The translations under genes and the position numbers were made by a program. Shown here piece after piece: positions 59,929-64,000 of a stretch of DNA of 64,000 nucleotides. How positions within the stretch are numbered: position 1 is the stretch's first letter; every line of letters starts with the position of its first letter. The DNA comes from Minisyncoccota bacterium. Its GTDB lineage: Bacteria; Patescibacteriota; Minisyncoccia; Minisyncoccales; GWA2-38-27. The notes beneath the pieces were generated by a model. The model saw nothing but the letters and a program-made list of their open reading frames with translations. It ran no database searches and was not told the origin of the DNA. Where the stretch lies: contig JAQVFW010000001.1 in NCBI GenBank assembly GCA_028697015.1, positions 3,603 through 67,602 on the forward strand. Direction: 5' to 3'.

Positions 59929-60832
59929 AAAATTCGTCATTATTGGTTTTCTGGCTTCGCTGTTGCTTTTTGCTTTTTATATTTTAATCCTTTCTTTCTT
60001 TGAATCATCCTCTCATGCTTTCTCTCAATTTTCTTTATTTCGCTATTGGATTTCAATTTTAATTATTGGTTTTGGAATACAGGTTGGTCTTTTTTCTTTT
60101 GTCAGGGAAAAACAGAAAACGGCATCCAAAAAAACCCTTTCTGCTTCTTGCGGTATTTCCGCCGGTTCAATGGTTGCTTGCTGTCTTCACCATTTGGCGG
60201 ACATTCTTCCTTTAATAGGCATTTCTGGCATGACTTTGTTTTTTACAGAATATCAGTTATGGTTTATGCTTTTGGGAATTATTTCCAATTTTATGGGAAT
60301 TGCCATAATGCTTGGAATTATAGAAAAGCATAATCTTGCAGGAGGTGTTTTGGCAAAAATGGCTTCATATAGCACAATTAGGACAAGAAGAATTTCCCTT
60401 TCTCTTTCTCTTATTGTTCTTTTTCTTGGCTTTTTCTGGGTTGGTCCTTTGAGTTTTAATTTGGATTTTACTGCAAGCGGAATTTCTAGCGCAAAAAAAT
60501 CAGAAAAGCAATTTTTTCCGGGGAAAACTGATTCTCAGGGAGATATATTATTTGAAGTAACTCCTTTGTCTTTTGAATCCAATAAGCCGCTTGAATTCAA
60601 TATTAAAATAGATACCCATTTTGACTTTCCTGAGTTTGATTTAATGGAAGTGTCTATTTTAGAATACGAAAATGGAAAATGGCATAAGCCGTTAGAATGG
60701 CAAGGACCTTCTATTTCCGGGCATCATATTTCCGGTGTTCTTGTTTTTCCTCCTCTTGAAATTGACGCCAAAGAACTAAGTGTTATAATTAAAGACGAAT
60801 TTATGAGAGTTTTCCGCTGGGAAATTTATTAA
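59915..60832 (+). CDS. membrane protein with intramembrane CCxHH motif and C-terminal soluble domain
   Basis: SCGISAGSMVACCLHHLADILPLIG lies in a TM region. The C-terminal ~120 aa look like a beta-rich domain (ILFEVTPLSF...EFNIKIDTHFD...WQGPSISGHHISGVLVFPP). Confidence 0.5.
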   Translation: MLKNKKFVIIGFLASLLLFAFYILILSFFESSSHAFSQFSLFRYWISILIIGFGIQVGLFSFVREKQKTASKKTLSASCGISAGSMVACCLHHLADILPLIGISGMTLFFTEYQLWFMLLGIISNFMGIAIMLGIIEKHNLAGGVLAKMASYSTIRTRRISLSLSLIVLFLGFFWVGPLSFNLDFTASGISSAKKSEKQFFPGKTDSQGDILFEVTPLSFESNKPLEFNIKIDTHFDFPEFDLMEVSILEYENGKWHKPLEWQGPSISGHHISGVLVFPPLEIDAKELSVIIKDEFMRVFRWEIY

Positions 60833-60837
60833 AAACA

Positions 60838-62268
60838 ATGGAAAAAAGCAAAAAAGAAAAAGAAGCAGTTTATTTTATAAAGGGAATGCATTGTCCTTCT
60901 TGCGAAATTTTTATTGAGAAGGAGCTTTTGAAGTTTAAAGGAGTTAACTTTGCAAATGCTACAGAAAAAGAAGGAAAGGTTTTTATAAAATACGAAGGGG
61001 AAAAACCGAAAAAAGAAGAGCTAAACGATATTCTAAAAGAAAATAACTATTTTTTGTCTGATCTTCCATTTGAAAAAAGTGAAAAAAGGGAAAGCTTTTT
61101 AGGAGCCGTTCTTGTAGCTTTTGTTATTATTGCTCTGTTTTTTTTCTTGCAAAAAACAGGTATTATGGAAATGGCCGATTTTTCTTCACAGTATTCCCTT
61201 TTTATGGTTTTTTTTCTAGGAATTGTGGCTAGCGTTTCAAGTTGCATGGCTCTTATCGGAGGGCTGATATTGTCTCTTTCCAAACAATGGAATAAGGCCT
61301 ATTCAAAAACAAATTCTTTTTCTAAAAAACTTCAGCCCTATGTATTATTCAATTTTGGCAGATTGGTGTCTTATGGATTATTCGGAGCGGTTCTCGGAGG
61401 GCTTGGAAATGTATTTAATATATCTCTTGGTTTTACTTCTTTTTTAGTTTTTATCGTTTCACTGCTGATGATTTTTTTCTCTTTAAAGATGCTGGGATTT
61501 GAATTTCCCGACTTCTTGAAATTTAAAAAAGGAGGATTTTTTAGAAAATTTACAACCAGTGAAAGGAGTTCTGTAAAAAGCCATGCCTGTTTTTTGGGCG
61601 CTTCTACTTTTTTTCTTCCTTGCGGATTTACGATTACGGCCCAGGGACTTGCCTTGATATCTGGAAGCGCATTGCAGGGATTCTTAATTATGTTTTTTTT
61701 CGCTCTTGGAACGGTTCCGGCTCTTTTGATGCTTGGATTTTCAAGCATAAAGTTTTATCAAAATCCGCAATTATCATTGAAGTTTTCAAAAATAGCCGGA
61801 ATATTGGTTTTGTTTTTCGCTTTTTATAACATTAATTCCCAGCTTGTAATTTGGGGAATGCCTAATATTAATAGTTTTAAAATATCAGTATGGGAAAAAA
61901 AAGAAGAGATGAATTTTTCGGAAAAAGAGCAGGTTCTAAAAATGAGTGTTTCGAGCTTTAAGTATAAGCCGAATTATTTTATAGTGAAAGCGGGAGTTCC
62001 GGTCAGATGGGAGATTACAGACGAGGGTATGAGTGGATGCACTAATGCTATTATTTCTAAAGATTTATTTGAAGGGACAATTGATCTTGTAAGAGGAGGA
62101 ACGGCGATAAAAGAATTTATTGTGGAAAAGCCGGGAAGATACGTTTTTTCTTGTTCTATGGGAATGGTTTCAGGAGTGATTGACGTTATCGGCAATACTG
62201 AACAATCTTTATCCGATGATGTTTGCCTTATTGCAGAAAAAGAAAAAATAGAGAAAATTTTGAATTAA
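60838..62268 (+). CDS. HMA domain - DsbD_2/TauE-like membrane domain - cupredoxin-like domain fusion protein
   Basis: N-terminal GMHCPSCEIFIE (HMA). TM core with SSCMALIGG and FFLPCGFT. C-terminal PGRYVFSCSMGMVSGVIDV (cupredoxin-like). Confidence 0.8.
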   Translation: MEKSKKEKEAVYFIKGMHCPSCEIFIEKELLKFKGVNFANATEKEGKVFIKYEGEKPKKEELNDILKENNYFLSDLPFEKSEKRESFLGAVLVAFVIIALFFFLQKTGIMEMADFSSQYSLFMVFFLGIVASVSSCMALIGGLILSLSKQWNKAYSKTNSFSKKLQPYVLFNFGRLVSYGLFGAVLGGLGNVFNISLGFTSFLVFIVSLLMIFFSLKMLGFEFPDFLKFKKGGFFRKFTTSERSSVKSHACFLGASTFFLPCGFTITAQGLALISGSALQGFLIMFFFALGTVPALLMLGFSSIKFYQNPQLSLKFSKIAGILVLFFAFYNINSQLVIWGMPNINSFKISVWEKKEEMNFSEKEQVLKMSVSSFKYKPNYFIVKAGVPVRWEITDEGMSGCTNAIISKDLFEGTIDLVRGGTAIKEFIVEKPGRYVFSCSMGMVSGVIDVIGNTEQSLSDDVCLIAEKEKIEKILN

Positions 62269-62291
62269 TGATATCTTAATTAAAAAAAAGA

Positions 62292-62591
62292 ATGAATATT
62301 GATATTAAAAAACAAATAGAATACTCAAAGGGAGGAATTCTAAGTAAGGTGATATATAAAAAAGAAAAGGCGGATATTACTCTATTTTGCATGGCAGAGA
62401 GAACGGAAATATCAGAGCATACCTCTTCCAAAGAAGCTTTTGTTTATGTGCTTGAAGGAGAAGGAATATTTTTTCTTGGAAAAGAAGAAATTAAAATGAT
62501 CCCGGGAGTATTTATTTCAATTGAAAAAAACGCAAAACATTCTTTAAAAGCCGAAAAGAACACCAGTTTTATGCTTTTTTTAACAAATTAA
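62292..62591 (+). CDS. cupin-domain protein
   Basis: 99 aa. ISEHTSSKEAFVYVLEGEG...GKEEIKM...NAKHSLKA matches the cupin_2 pattern. Confidence 0.75.
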   Translation: MNIDIKKQIEYSKGGILSKVIYKKEKADITLFCMAERTEISEHTSSKEAFVYVLEGEGIFFLGKEEIKMIPGVFISIEKNAKHSLKAEKNTSFMLFLTN

Positions 62592-62883
62592 AATTATGTA
62601 TAATCCGAAATACGCGCAGACATATGCCATTTTTCTTCTGATAATTCTAATCATTGCTTTGCTTATTATTCTGCCTGCCTTAGAACAGTAAAAAAGTTTT
62701 TTATTAAAAAAGAATTGGAAGAATGCAGAGATTACCAAAATGGATAAGTGGTTTTATATCTAAAAATTCTTTTTTTAATGTGGCATAAAAGAACGATTTT
62801 TTGGCAATTTTATATTAAAGTACTCAAAGTATATTTTTTAAACCGTAATTTTTTAAATCCTAAAATCGTTAAAAATAATTTAT

Positions 62884-64000
62884 ATGAATAAAAAAACATT
62901 TAAAATATCGGGAATGCATTGCGCCTCTTGCGCTTCAAACATTGAAAAGGAAGTCAAAAAAGTTTCTGGAGTTTCTTCTTCGAGGGTGGATTTTAACGGT
63001 GGAAAACTTTTTGTTGAAGGAAATGATTTTTCAACTGAGGAATTAAAGAAAAGAACGGAGGATTTGGGTTATGGTTTTTTTTCAGAAGAAGATGGAAATA
63101 AAGAAAATATCGTTTTAAAGGTTGTTGGAATGGATAGCCCTCATTGTGCAGGAATAATTAAAAAGGTTTTAGGGGGATTTAAAGGGGTTAAAAATCCTGA
63201 AATTGATTTTGCCAATGAAAAAGTAAAATTCACTTTTTTCCCAAATGAAAATTCCCTTGCAGATATTGAAAAAGCTATAGAAAAAGAAGGGTATAATGTT
63301 TTTAAGGAGAAAGAGACAAGCGAAGTTGAAATAGAAGAGAGAAGACGAGTTAAAAATACAAAAATAAGAGCAATCCTTGCTCTTGTTTTAAGTATTCCCT
63401 TGATGTTTACAATGATTTTGATGTATTCCGGCAAAATGTTTCCCGGCCAGCTTTTTATTGAGGCGGTTCTTTCTTTTATTGTCGTGTATATTTTAGGATG
63501 GAGAGCCCATGTTTCCGCTTTCAAGGCAGCCAGGAAATTTTATGCCAACATGGATGTTCTTATTTCCCTGGGAACTTCCGCAGCTTTTCTTTTCGGAGTG
63601 GCTGCTTTTTTTATTGATGTTCCTGTTTTCTTTGAAATAGCCGCTTTCATTATGGCTTTCCAGCTTTTGGGAAGGTATTTGGAAGAAAAAGCAAGAGGAA
63701 AGACATCGGAGGCCCTAAGAGAACTTTTAAACCTTGAAGCCAAAACAGCAAGAATATTAATAAACGGAGAAGAGAAAGAAATACCTGTTGAAGAATTGAA
63801 ATTGGGAGATGTTATGATTATCAGGCCCGGGGAAAAAATTCCGACTGACGGCAAGGTAATTGAAGGGCTTTCTTCTGTTGACGAGTCAATGGCAACGGGG
63901 GAATCATTGCCGGTTGAAAAAACACCCGGATCGCAGGTTATTGGTTCTACTCTTAACCAGGAAGGGATATTAAAAGCGGAAGCAGTTAAGGTTGGAAAAG
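62884..64000 (+). CDS. copA: copper-translocating P1B-type ATPase, 5' partial (runs off window)
   Basis: Not in the ORF track because no stop is reached. ATG at 62884. HMA 1 is [12 protein letters not shown] and HMA 2 is degenerate ([12 protein letters not shown]). TM helices and the actuator motif [14 protein letters not shown] follow. Confidence 0.93.
   Translation, partial: MNKKTFKISGMHCASCASNIEKEVKKVSGVSSSRVDFNGGKLFVEGNDFSTEELKKRTEDLGYGFFSEEDGNKENIVLKVVGMDSPHCAGIIKKVLGGFKGVKNPEIDFANEKVKFTFFPNENSLADIEKAIEKEGYNVFKEKETSEVEIEERRRVKNTKIRAILALVLSIPLMFTMILMYSGKMFPGQLFIEAVLSFIVVYILGWRAHVSAFKAARKFYANMDVLISLGTSAAFLFGVAAFFIDVPVFFEIAAFIMAFQLLGRYLEEKARGKTSEALRELLNLEAKTARILINGEEKEIPVEELKLGDVMIIRPGEKIPTDGKVIEGLSSVDESMATGESLPVEKTPGSQVIGSTLNQEGILKAEAVKVGK

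Noticed and set aside
62700-62883. Searched the copA upstream region for a second copy of the csoR dyad or a CopY-type TACAnnTGTA box.
   Set aside because: Only loose matches (AGTACTCAAAGTATA) were found, with nothing convincing by eye. copA may be read through from upstream or use an unrecognised site.

Overview
This is an AT-rich, very gene-dense window, roughly one third G+C by eye. About 70 genes lie on the plus strand, with a single minus-strand block at 14.2-17.4 kb. The content reads like a small-genome, anaerobic, CPR/Patescibacteria-type bacterium. Housekeeping genes present are gyrA, leuS, glyA, folD, topA, pth, lepB, hisS, rpsU, ybeY, ftsA, ftsZ, nrdD/nrdG, comEC, htrA, clpB, tgt, iscS/iscU, mnmA, thiI and ndk. 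There is one tRNA-Leu(CAA). I found no rRNA, CRISPR array, integrase or transposase. Many units have sigma70-like TTGACA/TATAAT promoters and clean intrinsic terminators. Items most worth follow-up: (1) 55.5-64 kb is an 8.5-kb co-directional metal/thiol island. It is headed by a CsoR-family repressor with a 27-bp dyad over its promoter and ends in a CopA-type ATPase. It is filled mostly with uncharacterised Cys-rich parts, including two anchored proteins sharing a C-terminal ...MVGGC tail and a membrane protein with a CCxHH motif. (2) At 40.1-40.8 kb, a Fur-family regulator overlaps a stand-alone copy of the NrdD C-terminal zinc-ribbon plus glycyl-radical segment, a possible spare part for the class III RNR. 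(3) Several single-gene units have clearly elevated G+C and foreign codon usage. The main one is a 528-codon orphan at 728-2314 with a codon-aligned 463-codon antisense ORF. (4) There are two promoter-proximal structured non-coding leaders (36.8-37.0 kb and 47.87-48.02 kb). (5) A surface-anchored protein carries four near-identical 114-bp tandem repeats. (6) FtsZ ends at the globular core with no C-terminal tail. All functional calls rest on motif recognition by eye; no database search was possible.
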